Assembly: GCA_964451605.1 (NCBI GenBank)
Contig: CAYVJA010000007.1
Coordinates: forward strand, 1 to 62,154
Origin: an uncultured Bacteroidales bacterium
GTDB taxonomy: Bacteria; Bacteroidota; Bacteroidia; Bacteroidales; UBA4181
Length of the DNA: 62,154 nt
Direction of reading: 5' to 3'
The notes under the pieces were generated by a model that worked only from the letters and a program-made list of their open reading frames with translations, was not told the origin of the DNA and searched no databases. Made by a program: the position numbers and the translations under genes. Below are positions 27,236 to 38,430 of this stretch, piece after piece. Numbering within the stretch: the first letter of the stretch is position 1; each line of letters opens with the position of its first letter.

Positions 27236-27520
27236 TTATTTTACGCCAGCTTTAACTTTACCTACAAATGTTTTGGCAGGTTTGAAAGCGGGGATATTGT
27301 GTGCAGGGATGATAATGGTGGTATTCTTCGAAATATTTCTAGCAGTTTTCTGAGCTCTCTCCTTGATGATGAAGCTCCCGAATCCTCTGAGATACACGTT
27401 TTTGTTCTCAGACAATGCGTCAATAACGCTTTCCATGAAAGCCTCAACTGTTCTCTGAACCGTGATTTTCTCGATCCCCGTAGTTTTGGAAATCTCATTT
27501 ACGATGTCTGCCTTTGTCAT
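27236..27520 (-). CDS. hup: HU-family DNA-binding protein
   Basis: MTKADIVNEISKTTGIEKITVQRTVEAFMESV...LRGFGSF...RNISKNTTIIIPAHNIPAFKP from ATG 27520. About 94 aa. Confidence 0.85.
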   Translation of the reverse strand: MTKADIVNEISKTTGIEKITVQRTVEAFMESVIDALSENKNVYLRGFGSFIIKERAQKTARNISKNTTIIIPAHNIPAFKPAKTFVGKVKAGVK

Positions 27521-27587
27521 AGCTGAAAAAGTTATTAAGTTGTTCAATAATATTGGATTATGCTCGTTTCATATGCAAATTGGACTG

Positions 27588-27595
27588 CAAATATA
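27588..27595 (-). promoter_or_regulatory. putative -7 box (TATATTTG on the minus strand) for the HU gene
   Basis: Plus strand reads CAAATATA. Matches TAnnTTTG. Confidence 0.3.
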
Positions 27596-27752
27596 ATCGT
27601 TTTTACCGGATAGAAAATGTAAAGGGTTTCTTTTTTCAATTATTTTTCAGCAAATCAACAAATAACGATGGATTCCCTCTCTCTTTTTCCGCTTTTTGGT
27701 TTTGGGCGCAATTGATGTATTTTTGAGCTCTTTCCCATTTAGTGTACCTATA

Positions 27753-28823
27753 ATGTATGAGCTGAAAATCGCGTTGCGCGACTGGTATCGTCAATACCAC
27801 CGGGATTTGCCCTGGAGAAGCACTACCGATCCCTATCTGATTTGGATTTCGGAGGTTGTGCTTCAACAGACGCGTATCGCTCAGGGTACCCGCTATTATC
27901 TGGAATTTACCCGTCGATTTCCCGATGTGCACGCTTTGGCAATGGCCGAAGAGGATGAGGTGTTAAAGCAATGGCAGGGATTGGGTTATTACTCTCGCGC
28001 CAGGAATTTACATGCTGCCGCAAAGGAGATTTGGTTTAACCGTTCGGGTCGCCTTCCCTCCTCTTATAAGGAGTGGCTTCAGATTAAGGGTGTGGGGCAT
28101 TATACGGCTGCGGCCATCTCATCTATCTGTTTTGGCGAACCCGTGGCAGCCATCGACGGAAATGTGAATCGGGTTATTGCCCGGCTTTTTGGCATTGATC
28201 TTTTCCCGGGATCGAGCCGGGGGAAAGCGCTGATAGCTTCGGCTGCTGCGGAGTTGGTTGATGAATCCGATCCCGGCATGTCGAATCAGGCCTTAATTGA
28301 GCTGGGTGCACTTGTGTGCGGCAAGTCGCCTGATTGTCCGAATTGTCCGGTAGCTCTCTATTGCGCCGCCAGGGTCCGGCAGCAAACCCTGCTTCTGCCG
28401 GTTCGCAAGCCCAAGGCTACGGCCAGAATCCGCTACTTTCATTATTTGATTCCCATATTCGACGGAACCACGTGGATGCGCAAGCGTCCTTCGGGTGATA
28501 TTTGGGAGGGGCTCTACGATTTTCCGTTAATCGAAAAGCACCCCGATCTTTCGGAAGCACCCCATCAACTGAGGGTGTGCGATATTCCCAGTGCTGTTTA
28601 CGGTGGCGACTTCTCGGTAAAACCTCTTGCCGGAGAGTATACCCACCCTCTGACGCACCAGTCGCTTAAAATCCGTTTCTATGTACTGTTCACCAACCGG
28701 AAACCTCTGCTCGATTCTCCCTCCTTTGTTCCTGTTTCGACCGCCGAAATAGACAATTATCCTCTTCCAGGAATTATCGACAAGTTTTTGGCCGAAAATG
28801 GTTCTTTCGATTGCACCGGATAA
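27753..28823 (+). CDS. mutY: A/G-specific adenine DNA glycosylase MutY
   Basis: From ATG 27753: WYRQYHRDLPWR, HhH-GPD region GLGYYSRARNLH and KGVGHYTAAAI, the Fe-S cluster loop CGKSPDCPNCPVALYC, and a C-terminal NUDIX-like domain. Confidence 0.9.
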   Translation: MYELKIALRDWYRQYHRDLPWRSTTDPYLIWISEVVLQQTRIAQGTRYYLEFTRRFPDVHALAMAEEDEVLKQWQGLGYYSRARNLHAAAKEIWFNRSGRLPSSYKEWLQIKGVGHYTAAAISSICFGEPVAAIDGNVNRVIARLFGIDLFPGSSRGKALIASAAAELVDESDPGMSNQALIELGALVCGKSPDCPNCPVALYCAARVRQQTLLLPVRKPKATARIRYFHYLIPIFDGTTWMRKRPSGDIWEGLYDFPLIEKHPDLSEAPHQLRVCDIPSAVYGGDFSVKPLAGEYTHPLTHQSLKIRFYVLFTNRKPLLDSPSFVPVSTAEIDNYPLPGIIDKFLAENGSFDCTG

Positions 28824-28876
28824 TAATCCGGAGTTGTAGTTTTGTGGTATTGTTTAATTTATTAAAAACTGATAGT

Positions 28877-29338
28877 ATGGTTAATAAGGTTATTTTGGTG
28901 GGTCATGTCGGGAAAGATCCTGTTGTCCGCTATTTCGATTCGAATGTGGCGAATGCCACTTTTTCGCTTGCCACCTCCGAAGCCTACAAGGACAAAAAGG
29001 GCGAAACCGTTCGTACCACCGAGTGGCACAACATTGTCTTGTGGCGTCAGCAGGCGTTACTTGCCGAGAAATTCATCCGGAAGGGTTCGCTCATCTACCT
29101 CGAGGGAAGAATACGGAGCCGTTCGTACGACGATAAAGAGGGCAATAAGCGATATGTTACCGAAATTTACGGGGATGTAATCCAACTGCTCGATAAGAGA
29201 TCGGACGGTGAGGGCGACAGCCAGCACTCACCCCGCGAAGTTTCCGATTCGCACGAAAAAACATCTCAATCGCAAAGCGGCTATCAAGAGGCTCCCGATT
29301 CCGGGAATCAGGAGGGCCCCGACGATTTACCGTTCTGA
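28877..29338 (+). CDS. ssb: single-stranded DNA-binding protein
   Basis: MVNKVILVGHVGKDPVVRYF..TEWHNIVLW OB-fold, with a disordered acidic tail ending DDLPF. Confidence 0.9.
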   Translation: MVNKVILVGHVGKDPVVRYFDSNVANATFSLATSEAYKDKKGETVRTTEWHNIVLWRQQALLAEKFIRKGSLIYLEGRIRSRSYDDKEGNKRYVTEIYGDVIQLLDKRSDGEGDSQHSPREVSDSHEKTSQSQSGYQEAPDSGNQEGPDDLPF

Positions 29339-29371
29339 TCGGTTCAATCCCCCCTCATTTCAACTCCGCTT

Positions 29372-29959
29372 ATGGTATCTTCCCGCCTGTTGCTGCATCT
29401 CCTGTTTCTGTTACTCCTGTTTGCGGGAGTTGCAGCATGCAGTCGTGGCTATACGCCACGGCCGGAGGGTTATCTGCGCATCGACCTGCCGGAGAAGAGT
29501 TACCGAACTTACGACAGTCTCACCCCCTATGAGTGTGAAATACCCCGGTACGCGATAATGGAGAGAGTTAATTCATCCGATTCGGGCTTCACCTGGTGGA
29601 ACTTATCGTTTCCCGGCTACCATGCCACCATCTATCTTACTTACGCCCCAATACAGTCTAATCTCTCTTCATTTACCGCCGATTCCCGACGAATGACCTA
29701 TGCACATGCCCAGAAGGCCAATGCCATTGATGAGTATCCCTTTTCCTACCCGGACAGGGATGTCTATGGCATGATGTTCAAGGTGAAGGGGGATGTGGCA
29801 ACAGCCGTACAGTTTTATATCACCGACAGTGTACACCATTTTTTGCGGGGAGCGCTCTATTTTCCGGTTGCCCCGAACCAGGATTCCCTGGCTCCGGTTG
29901 TTGACTTCTTTTCGCAGGATATTGAGCGAATTGTACAAACACTTCGGTGGAGACCTTAA
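29372..29959 (+). CDS. gldD: gliding motility lipoprotein GldD
   Basis: Lipobox FAGVAACS followed by PRPEGYLRIDLPEKSYRTY, which resembles the GldD N-terminal block (PKPKGYLRLEYP). The location after mutY-ssb is as in flavobacterial gld loci. Confidence 0.65.
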   Translation: MVSSRLLLHLLFLLLLFAGVAACSRGYTPRPEGYLRIDLPEKSYRTYDSLTPYECEIPRYAIMERVNSSDSGFTWWNLSFPGYHATIYLTYAPIQSNLSSFTADSRRMTYAHAQKANAIDEYPFSYPDRDVYGMMFKVKGDVATAVQFYITDSVHHFLRGALYFPVAPNQDSLAPVVDFFSQDIERIVQTLRWRP

Positions 29960-29974
29960 ACACAAGAAATTACT

Positions 29975-30622
29975 ATGCCACTAATTGAAGATAAATTTCT
30001 CGACAACGACTGCAGGTTCGGTCTTTGGGAAATTACTGAAGATTTCGATACCCTCTTTTCGCAGGTGCAACTGGTTGAATCGGATATTCAGCGTCTCAAG
30101 GGGTTTAAAAATGATCAGCGGAAGCTGGAGTCTTTGAGTGTGCGGGCTCTCCTGGGCAAGATGACCTACCCGGGGGCTCGCATCGTTTACGATTCCACCC
30201 GAAAACCCTTTATGTTCGACGGCTCGCATCGTATAAGTATTTCGCATTCAAATAAATACACCTCTATATTGCTGAGTAAAGAGCGTCGTATAGGCATCGA
30301 TCTCGAATATATATCGCACGACATCGAGAAATTATCACGTCATTTTATCAATCCGCGTGAATACATCACCACCGATCTCAATTTGCGGCCTCTTCACTAT
30401 TATGTACATTGGTGTGCCAAGGAGGCCCTGTACAAGATTTGTGATAAAAAGAACATCCATTTCAGAAAGAACCTTACCATTCTCCCTTTTGCACCTAATC
30501 CCTCAGGCGAGACTGTGGGCGTCCATCACGGTCCGGGTATATACGAAACCTTTATTTTGCGATACTGGGTGCAGAACAATTATGTAATAGCTTACTGTCT
30601 TACCAACGAAGATCCTAAATGA
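29975..30622 (+). CDS. 4'-phosphopantetheinyl transferase superfamily protein
   Basis: GIDLEYI and WCAKEALYK motifs. 215 aa. A 4-nt overlap with thiL. Confidence 0.7.
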   Translation: MPLIEDKFLDNDCRFGLWEITEDFDTLFSQVQLVESDIQRLKGFKNDQRKLESLSVRALLGKMTYPGARIVYDSTRKPFMFDGSHRISISHSNKYTSILLSKERRIGIDLEYISHDIEKLSRHFINPREYITTDLNLRPLHYYVHWCAKEALYKICDKKNIHFRKNLTILPFAPNPSGETVGVHHGPGIYETFILRYWVQNNYVIAYCLTNEDPK

Positions 30623-31623
30623 GCGAATCCTCCTCTTCCTCTATCCCGTTTCAACGCGACCGTTTTTTGTCGGAGCTCCGTAGAAAGGCTCCTTTTTCGA
30701 ACCCGTCTACACTGTCGGGTATTGGCGACGATACTGCCGTGGTTCAGTATGGTGAACATCTTCAGTTGTTAACCACTGAGACATTGATTGAGGGTATCCA
30801 TTTTGATCTCACCTATTTCCCGGTTAAACATTTGGGGTATAAGGCTGCAGTGGTCAGTTTTTCGGACGTTTACGCCATGAATGGTTATCCCGGACAACTG
30901 ATGGTTTCCCTGGCTCTTTCGTCCAAGATGACCTCCGAATGGCTGGATCTCTTTTTCGAGGGGGTTCTGGCTGCCTGTACTGAGCATGGTGTCGATCTGG
31001 CAGGAAGCAATCTTACCCCCTCTCTCACCGGATTTTGTATCAATATGTCGGTTGTGGGTGAGGCAGAAAAGTCCCGTCTGGTATATCGAAACGGGATGAA
31101 AGAGGGTGACCTTCTGTGTGTAACTGGCGATTTGGGCGCTGCATACCTGGGGCTTCAGGTACTGGAGCGTGAAAAACGGCTTTTCGAACGGGACAACTCC
31201 TTTACCCCTGTGCTCGAAGGATATGATTATGTGATAGGGCGTCAGCTTAAGCCCTCTGCAAGAAAAGATATCATCGATTATTTCGCCGCCGAAAAGTTGG
31301 TTCCCACTGCAATGACCCAACTCTCCTCCGGCCTTGCCCATGGTGTTCAATCGCTCTGTCTTGCCTCGGGTGTGGGCTGCCGGCTCTATGAACACAAAAT
31401 CCCAATTGCCGGGGAGAGCCTCCGGGTTGCGTCCGAATTACATCAGTCGCCCCAGGTGGCTGCTCTCCACGGCGGTCAGGATTTTGAATTGCTTTTTTCG
31501 GTTCGCCCCGACTGTTACGAGCCTCTGCTCAGGCAAGGCGATATCTCGATTCTGGGACACGCCGTTGCTGAAAAGGAGGGAGTCACGCTATTTGCCGAGA
31601 GCGGCGAACAGATTTCTTTATAA
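30619..31623 (+). CDS. thiL: thiamine-monophosphate kinase
   Basis: [19 protein letters not shown] and AIR-synthase-like fold blocks. 334 aa. Confidence 0.8.
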   Translation: MSESSSSSIPFQRDRFLSELRRKAPFSNPSTLSGIGDDTAVVQYGEHLQLLTTETLIEGIHFDLTYFPVKHLGYKAAVVSFSDVYAMNGYPGQLMVSLALSSKMTSEWLDLFFEGVLAACTEHGVDLAGSNLTPSLTGFCINMSVVGEAEKSRLVYRNGMKEGDLLCVTGDLGAAYLGLQVLEREKRLFERDNSFTPVLEGYDYVIGRQLKPSARKDIIDYFAAEKLVPTAMTQLSSGLAHGVQSLCLASGVGCRLYEHKIPIAGESLRVASELHQSPQVAALHGGQDFELLFSVRPDCYEPLLRQGDISILGHAVAEKEGVTLFAESGEQISL

Positions 31624-32955
31624 CCGGGCCTTGAGTTGGGCCGATGCCTCTTCGTAACCCGGTTTGTCGAGAAGAGCGAACATGTTCTTCTTGTAGGCCT
31701 CAACACCCGGCTGATCGAAGGGGTTGACTCCCAAAAGTGCTCCGCTGATCCCACAGGCAATTTCGAAGAAGTAGAAGAGTTGCCCCAGATAGTAAGCGTT
31801 CAGTGAGGGAAGTTCAATCCGCAGATTGGGTACCCCTCCGTCGACATGGGCTAACATGGTTCCCAGTTCGGCCATTTTATTTACATGGTCTATACGTTTC
31901 CCGGAGAGGAAGTTCAGGGTGTCCAGGTTTTCGGGGTCATTGGGAATCAAAATGTTACGATCGGGATTCTGTATCGAGATAACAGTCTCGAACAGATTTC
32001 TCAGACCCTCCTGAATATACTGACCCATAGAGTGGAGATCGGCAGTGAAGGTAACGCTGGCAGGAAATATTCCTTTCTGCTCTTTTCCTTCGCTCTCTCC
32101 ATAGAGCTGTTTCCACCATTCAGCCACATAAACCAGTTTGGGGTTGTAGCCTGCCAGAATCTCAACGGTCTTCCCTGCTTTGTAGAGTTCGAACCGGGCC
32201 GAGGCGTATTGTGCGGCAATATTCTGTTCGAAGGGTACTTCGGGGGCAGTGGCCTTTTCCATATCGACAGCTCCCTGTAACATCTCACGGATGTTGTAGC
32301 CTGCTGCTGCAATGGGAAGGAGCCCGACAGGGGTTAACACGGAGAAACGGCCTCCTACATCGTCGGGAATCACAAAGGTTTTATACCCTTCGCGTGTGGC
32401 CAGCTGTTTCATGGCTCCTCTTTTGGCATCGGTTACGGCCACAATAAGCTCTTTGGCTTTTGCCTTACCCACTTTCGATTCAAGATGGTTTTTCAAAATC
32501 CGGAAGGCAACAGCCGGTTCGGTGGTTGTGCCCGATTTAGAGATAACCACAATACCGTACTGTTTGGTGTTCAGTAAGTCGAGCAATTCGGCCATATAAT
32601 CTTCGCTCAGATTTTGTCCGGCAAAGATGATGGCAGGTGCACCGGGGGTTGGTTTCCACGCAGAAAAGTTGCCCGAGAGGGCTTCAATGGCTGCTTTTGC
32701 ACCCAGGTAACTGCCGCCGATACCCACGACAACCACTACCTCTACATTTTTCCTGAAGAAGGCAGCACTCTCTTCAATCGAGGCAAGTTCACTTTCCGAG
32801 ACCTGTCCGGGAAGGTTAACCCAACCCATAAAATCGTTCCCTTTGCCCTTTTTTGCATAGAGATTGCCGAGGGCTTCGGCAACAGCGGTCTTGTTTTGGG
32901 ACACTTTTGCATAGGCATCGGTTCCAAAAGCTTTTTCAATGTTTAAGCGAATCAT
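31618..32955 (-). CDS. pgi: glucose-6-phosphate isomerase
   Basis: 445 aa with [22 protein letters not shown] and GESEGK type PGI blocks. Confidence 0.9.
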   Translation of the reverse strand: MIRLNIEKAFGTDAYAKVSQNKTAVAEALGNLYAKKGKGNDFMGWVNLPGQVSESELASIEESAAFFRKNVEVVVVVGIGGSYLGAKAAIEALSGNFSAWKPTPGAPAIIFAGQNLSEDYMAELLDLLNTKQYGIVVISKSGTTTEPAVAFRILKNHLESKVGKAKAKELIVAVTDAKRGAMKQLATREGYKTFVIPDDVGGRFSVLTPVGLLPIAAAGYNIREMLQGAVDMEKATAPEVPFEQNIAAQYASARFELYKAGKTVEILAGYNPKLVYVAEWWKQLYGESEGKEQKGIFPASVTFTADLHSMGQYIQEGLRNLFETVISIQNPDRNILIPNDPENLDTLNFLSGKRIDHVNKMAELGTMLAHVDGGVPNLRIELPSLNAYYLGQLFYFFEIACGISGALLGVNPFDQPGVEAYKKNMFALLDKPGYEEASAQLKARL

Positions 32956-32982
32956 TGTACAGAAATTTACGGGAATGTGATG

Positions 32983-33978
32983 TTATTTTAGCTTGTCTAT
33001 CAGGTTCTTGGCTTCGACTACCGGCGAAGCGCCATTGTACAGCATATTGTAGACGGCATCCATGATGGGCATATCGATTCCGTGAGCCTGATTGATTTTT
33101 TTCATACCTGAAACGGCGTAGTAGCCTTCGGCAATCTGCGAGATTTCTAAAAGCGCCGAACGAACCGAGTAACCTTTACCAATCATGGTGCCAAAAGTCC
33201 TGTTCCTGCTGAATTGCGAATAGCCGGTAACCAGCAAATCGCCCAAAAAGGCCGATTGTGCCAGATCTCTCTCTTTGGGATAGGAGTTGTTGATAAAGCG
33301 CTTCATTTCAATGAAGGCGTTGGCCATCAATACCGACTGGAAGTTGTCGCCATATCCCAGTCCGTAGAAGATGCCCCCCGCGATGGCATAAATATTCTTC
33401 AGAACACCTGCATATTCAATGCCGTAGATATCTTCCGAGAGAATAGTGCGCAGATAGCGGCACTGTAAAAAGCCGGCAAGCGTTCGCCCGTCTTCGAAAT
33501 GTTTGGTGGCAATGGTGAGGTAGGAGAGGCGCTCCAGAGCTACCTCCTCTGCGTGACAAGGGCCCGAAATGACGCCAATCTGGTCGAAAGGCAGTTTGTA
33601 TTTGCTATGGAAATATTCTGCAACTGTACCGTCTTCGCCGGGAATAATCCCTTTAATGGCCGACACAATGTATTTGTTTTCGAGTGAGAGGGTAAGCGGG
33701 CTTAGCCATTCGGTGAGAAAGGCAGTAGGTACGGCAAAGATGAGTACTTCACTCTGTTCTACCGCTTCGTCGAGCGTATCGCAGTAGATAATTTTCTCGG
33801 GATCGAACCTTACCGAACCGAGATACCTCGGGTTGCGGTTAAAACTCTTCATCACTTTCCGGTTTTCCGGATTCCGGATATACCAGCAAATGCGATTTCC
33901 TGCATCGGTTATAATCTTTGCAAGGGCCGTTGCCCAGCTGCCACTACCGATGATGGCAATTTGGGAGGACTCGGTCAT
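32983..33978 (-). CDS. gpsA: NAD(P)H-dependent glycerol-3-phosphate dehydrogenase
   Basis: From ATG 33978: [14 protein letters not shown] Rossmann motif. ATGA overlap with the lysS stop. The track extension to 34059 lies inside lysS. Confidence 0.85.
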   Translation of the reverse strand: MTESSQIAIIGSGSWATALAKIITDAGNRICWYIRNPENRKVMKSFNRNPRYLGSVRFDPEKIIYCDTLDEAVEQSEVLIFAVPTAFLTEWLSPLTLSLENKYIVSAIKGIIPGEDGTVAEYFHSKYKLPFDQIGVISGPCHAEEVALERLSYLTIATKHFEDGRTLAGFLQCRYLRTILSEDIYGIEYAGVLKNIYAIAGGIFYGLGYGDNFQSVLMANAFIEMKRFINNSYPKERDLAQSAFLGDLLVTGYSQFSRNRTFGTMIGKGYSVRSALLEISQIAEGYYAVSGMKKINQAHGIDMPIMDAVYNMLYNGASPVVEAKNLIDKLK

Positions 33979-35699
33979 GATGCGGATTCTATCCAGTTTT
34001 TTACCTCTTCGGGGGTAGGAAGGGGAAGCCCCATTTTGTGTTTTTTGTTCATCCCGCAAAGGTCGTTGAAGAGTTTACCCGACGATAGCTTTTGGAGCGA
34101 TGCAACGGTGAGATAGCCCATCTTCTGCATCACAGGCACCCATACTTCGGGAATTCCCAGAGCAGTAAAGGCTTCGACAGAGTCGGCAACCGCACGTTTT
34201 TCGGGTTTCATCTGAGGGAAAAGAAGCACATCCTGAATGGAAGCGGCATTGGTCATTATCATGGTAAGACGGTCTATGCCAATGCCTAAACCGGCAGTGG
34301 GAGGCATGCCGTATTCAATGGCTCTGAGAAAATCTTCGTCGAGCATCATTGCCTCCTCGTCTCCCCGTTTTGCCAGAAGAAGCTGTTCTTCAAAGCGGTC
34401 GCGCTGATCGACAGGATCGTTCAGCTCGGAGTAGGCGTTACAAATCTCTTTTGCATTACAGATGGCTTCGAACCGTTCGACCAGTCCCGGCTTAGTGCGG
34501 TGCTTCTTAGCCAGAGGCGACATTTCGATGGGGTAGTCGGTAATGAAGGTGGGCTGTATCAGGTTGCCTTCGCAGCACTCCCCGAATATCTCATCTATCA
34601 GTTTCCCCTTTCCCATCGACTCGTCGATTTTCACACCCAGCGAAAGTGCTGTTTTGCGCAGCTCTGCCTCCGACATGTCCGAAACGTTGATACCGGTAAA
34701 ATGTTCAATGGCCTCAAACATAGTGTATCTTTTCCAGGGGCGCTTAAAGTCGATCCGGTTTTCGCCTACCTGAACTTCGGTGGTGCCGTGAAGTGCCAGG
34801 GCAATTCGTTCGACCATCTCTTCGACTGTATCCATCATCCAGAGGTAGTCTTTGTATGCCACATAGAGCTCCATCTGGGTAAACTCGGGATTGTGGAAAC
34901 GGTCCATTCCTTCGTTGCGGAAGTCCTTCGAAAATTCGTAGACCCCATCGAATCCGCCTACGATAAGCCGTTTCAAATAGAGTTCGTTGGCAATCCGAAG
35001 ATAGAGATCAGTATTCAGCGTGTTGTGAAAGGTTTTGAACGGTCGAGCAGCAGCCCCCCCGTAGAGCGGTTGCAGAATAGGTGTTTCTACCTCGAGATAC
35101 CCCTTTTCGTTCAGGAAATCGCGCATGGTATTAACCAGCCGGGTCCTTTTAACGAAAGTGTCACGAACAGAAGGATTAACAATCAAATCGACATATCGCT
35201 GGCGATACCTCTGTTCCGGGTCGGAAAAGGCATCGAACAGTTTCCCCTCTTTCTCCTTAACTACCGGAAGAACCCGAAGCGATTTGCTGAGCACGGAAAG
35301 CGACCGTACGTGGATGGAGGTTTCGCCCATCTGGGTGACAAATACGAACCCCTCAACCCCGATGATATCGCCAATATCAAGCAGCTTTTTGAAAACCGTA
35401 TTATAAAGGGTCTTGTCCTCTTCGGGGCAGAGTTCATCGCGTTTAATATAGAGTTGAATCCGTCCGGTTGCATCCTGAATTTCGGCAAACGAGGCGCTTC
35501 CCATGATTCTTCGGCTCATGATACGACCGGCCAGAGTGACATGGGTAAATTCGCCGGATTCGGGGGTGAAGCGATCGAGAATTTCTGCACAGGAGGTATT
35601 CACCGCAAAGGCGTGAGCCGGATAGGGCTCTATTCCCAGTTTTCGGAGCTCTTCCAGGGAGTTTCTTCTGAAAAGCTCTTGTTCGTTAAATTCTGTCAT
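33975..35699 (-). CDS. lysS: lysine--tRNA ligase (class II)
   Basis: N-terminal OB anticodon-binding domain and class II motifs ([14 protein letters not shown]). About 70 extra C-terminal residues follow the catalytic core. Confidence 0.9.
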   Translation of the reverse strand: MTEFNEQELFRRNSLEELRKLGIEPYPAHAFAVNTSCAEILDRFTPESGEFTHVTLAGRIMSRRIMGSASFAEIQDATGRIQLYIKRDELCPEEDKTLYNTVFKKLLDIGDIIGVEGFVFVTQMGETSIHVRSLSVLSKSLRVLPVVKEKEGKLFDAFSDPEQRYRQRYVDLIVNPSVRDTFVKRTRLVNTMRDFLNEKGYLEVETPILQPLYGGAAARPFKTFHNTLNTDLYLRIANELYLKRLIVGGFDGVYEFSKDFRNEGMDRFHNPEFTQMELYVAYKDYLWMMDTVEEMVERIALALHGTTEVQVGENRIDFKRPWKRYTMFEAIEHFTGINVSDMSEAELRKTALSLGVKIDESMGKGKLIDEIFGECCEGNLIQPTFITDYPIEMSPLAKKHRTKPGLVERFEAICNAKEICNAYSELNDPVDQRDRFEEQLLLAKRGDEEAMMLDEDFLRAIEYGMPPTAGLGIGIDRLTMIMTNAASIQDVLLFPQMKPEKRAVADSVEAFTALGIPEVWVPVMQKMGYLTVASLQKLSSGKLFNDLCGMNKKHKMGLPLPTPEEVKNWIESAS

Positions 35700-35768
35700 A
35701 TTTCTTTATGTATAGCAGAGAGGTTGGGCGGCAAAGATAACGCTTTGGCCGCGAAAATGAAACAACTG

Positions 35769-36683
35769 TTATAAGGGGCCGGTGAGGCTGCGGCCGATGC
35801 GGAACGCTATAGGACTTTGCCCTGTTTTCTTTTTGAAGAGGGTCGAAAAGTGCTCGGGCGATTCGTATTGCAGCCGGAATGCAATCTCTTTTACCGATTT
35901 TGATGTGCCCAGCAACAGTTCTTTGGCCCGTTCTATCCGGAGTTGCTGCTGGTATTGAGCCGGCGAGAACCCTGTATGCTCTTTAAACATTCGCCTGAAC
36001 CACGAGTAACTGACGCATACTGAGTGAGCCAATTCTTCGGGCGAAAGGGCGGTTTCGATATTTTCGATCATCAATACCTTGGCTTTCGAGATGACCTGTT
36101 GAATGCCCGGTTTGCCGGTTCCGGCCGATTTAATGCCCGATAAGAGGCTTCCCAGCAGCAGGGTAACAATTCCTGCCAGGAGTTGCTGATAGCCCGGCTT
36201 CTGCTCATTTGCAATGCGCTGAGCCTTCATATAGAGGGTTATTATGTCGTCGGTTAATCCTACCGGGAATTTGGGGTTTTGCTTTTTGAAAAACTCCCTG
36301 GCAATCAGATTTTCCATGAAGGGGCCCTCCATCCCGATCCAGTACTCATGCCAGCCTGTTTCTCTGTTGGGCGCGTACGAATGCCACTCTCCGGGAAAGA
36401 GCAGGAAGGCGGTGCCTTCGGCAATGGGTGAGAGCGGCTGGCTGGCCGACCTGAACCACCCTCCTCCGTGTGTGATGTAGAGGAGCTGATAGGTGTGCAG
36501 CACCCTTCCCTCGTCAGGTCGGAAAAGGTATTCGGCAGGATGATCGGTATGAGGATAGAGTGAACGGGGCTCTATCTTTTGGCATCCAACGGAGGTTACG
36601 GTTAATCCCCAGTCGTGATCTCGTTTGTTGGCAATCAGGTAATTTCTGCTTTCCGGCGCGGTTGGTGGTTCCATCAGGATCAT
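35769..36683 (-). CDS. AraC-family transcriptional regulator (cupin sensor + HTH)
   Basis: The C-terminal double HTH (SPEELAHSVCVSYSWFRRMFKEHTGFSPAQY... KEIAFRLQYESPEHFSTLFKKKTG) is classic AraC/XylS. Confidence 0.8.
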   Translation of the reverse strand: MILMEPPTAPESRNYLIANKRDHDWGLTVTSVGCQKIEPRSLYPHTDHPAEYLFRPDEGRVLHTYQLLYITHGGGWFRSASQPLSPIAEGTAFLLFPGEWHSYAPNRETGWHEYWIGMEGPFMENLIAREFFKKQNPKFPVGLTDDIITLYMKAQRIANEQKPGYQQLLAGIVTLLLGSLLSGIKSAGTGKPGIQQVISKAKVLMIENIETALSPEELAHSVCVSYSWFRRMFKEHTGFSPAQYQQQLRIERAKELLLGTSKSVKEIAFRLQYESPEHFSTLFKKKTGQSPIAFRIGRSLTGPL

Positions 36684-36888
36684 GGCAAAGTGGGCGTTAA
36701 AACGGGATAGCCCGGTCAGGGGTTGCAGAGGAATGTCCCATCAATGTCAAAGGTACCATTATTGTCCGAAAATCGCGCCGGGAGTGACATTGATTCAAAT
36801 TGCGCGATTTTATTATTTATATCGCCGAATTGGGCGGAAAGTTCCTTTGAAATTTGATAAATTTGCACGGAATTTTTTTATGTTGATA

Positions 36889-38415
36889 ATGAATAATTTG
36901 AAGAAGATTAAATCGGCTCTCATATCGGTTTACCATAAGGATCACCTTGCCGATATTGTGCAGGCACTTCACGCACAAGATGTCAAAATTTATTCAACAG
37001 GAGGAACCCGCGATTTTGTGGCATCGTTGGGTATTCCGGTTACCGCTGTTGAAGATGTAACCAGTTATCCTTCCATTTTTGGAGGTCGGGTGAAGACCTT
37101 GCATCCGAAAATTTTTGGCGGCATTCTGTATAGAAGAGAAGAACCTCAGCATTGTGAAGAGGCTGCCCGGTACCAGATTCCCGATATAGATCTGGTGATT
37201 GTCGATCTTTATCCTTTTGCCGAGACACTCGCTTCAGGTGCTCCGGATGAGGCCATTATCGAGAAGATCGATATCGGCGGGATCTCACTGATTCGTGCGG
37301 CTGCCAAAAATTTCCGCGATGTGGTGATTGTTCCCTCCAAACGGGAGTACCTTAGTCTGCTCAACCTGTTGCATGAGAAGAACGGATTTACCTCAATCGA
37401 GGATCGTCGTTGGTTCGCCTCCAGAGCCTTTGCGGTTTCGTCCGATTACGATACTGCCATTCACGGCTATTTTAATCGCGAGTCGGGCGAAGTTTGTTTA
37501 AAGGCCAGTTATAATGAGGGTACGGCACTGCGTTACGGCGAAAATCCTCATCAGAAGGGCTATTTTTTCGGGCAGTTGGGTGATATGTTTACGCAATTGC
37601 ACGGGAAGGAGATCTCTTACAATAACCTGCTCGACATGGATGCGGCAGTTAATCTGATCTCTGAGTTTTCCGATACCACCTTTGCCATTCTGAAACACAA
37701 CAATGCCTGCGGAATTGCTTCGGCCGAAACACTTTGTGAGGCCTATAAAAAAGCGTTCGACGGTGATCCCGTTTCGGCATTCGGCGGGGTTCTTATTACC
37801 AACAGAGTTATCGATAAGGCCACAGCAGAAGCCATGAACACGCTCTTCTTCGAGCTGATAATGGCTCCCGGCTACGAACCGGAAGCGCTGGAGTTGCTCA
37901 AGAGTAAGAAGAACCGGATGATTTTGGAGATGAAGGGGGTTGCCCTTCCTTCGGTTCAGTATCGTACGCTGTTGAACGGAGTGGTGTTACAGGATAAGGA
38001 TTTGAGTATTCAGTCGGTGGCCGATATGAAGGTGGTGAGCAAAAAGGCACCTGTGCAATCGGAACTTCTCGATCTGGTTTTTGCCAATAAGATTGTTAAA
38101 CACTCCAAGTCGAATGCCATTGTTTTGGCAAGAGGAAATCAGCTGCTGGCAAGCGGTGTGGGGCAAACCTCGCGGGTTGATGCTCTGAATCAGGCCATCG
38201 AAAAGGCAGGCACCTTCGGTTTCGATCTTCACGGAGCTGTAATGGCCAGTGATGCGTTCTTTCCTTTCCCCGACTGCGTGGAGATTGCCGGGAAGGCCGG
38301 TATTACTGCTATAGTTCACCCGGGTGGTTCGGTACGTGATGCCGAGTCGGTGAACTACTGCGATGAGAATGGTCTGGCAATGGCCATGACAGGTGTCCGC
38401 CATTTTAAACATTAA
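36889..38415 (+). CDS. purH: bifunctional AICAR transformylase / IMP cyclohydrolase
   Basis: From ATG 36889 (MNNLKKIKSALISVYHKD), STGGT, GRVKTLHP, and a C-terminal formyltransferase domain ending MTGVRHFKH. Confidence 0.9.
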   Translation: MNNLKKIKSALISVYHKDHLADIVQALHAQDVKIYSTGGTRDFVASLGIPVTAVEDVTSYPSIFGGRVKTLHPKIFGGILYRREEPQHCEEAARYQIPDIDLVIVDLYPFAETLASGAPDEAIIEKIDIGGISLIRAAAKNFRDVVIVPSKREYLSLLNLLHEKNGFTSIEDRRWFASRAFAVSSDYDTAIHGYFNRESGEVCLKASYNEGTALRYGENPHQKGYFFGQLGDMFTQLHGKEISYNNLLDMDAAVNLISEFSDTTFAILKHNNACGIASAETLCEAYKKAFDGDPVSAFGGVLITNRVIDKATAEAMNTLFFELIMAPGYEPEALELLKSKKNRMILEMKGVALPSVQYRTLLNGVVLQDKDLSIQSVADMKVVSKKAPVQSELLDLVFANKIVKHSKSNAIVLARGNQLLASGVGQTSRVDALNQAIEKAGTFGFDLHGAVMASDAFFPFPDCVEIAGKAGITAIVHPGGSVRDAESVNYCDENGLAMAMTGVRHFKH

Positions 38416-38430
38416 GAAGAGCCGACTATT

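Noticed and set aside
34500-35774. 424-aa plus-strand ORF
   Set aside because: It lies entirely antisense to lysS, whose product has unmistakable class II LysRS motifs. The antisense translation is low-complexity with no recognisable domain. This is a classic shadow ORF.
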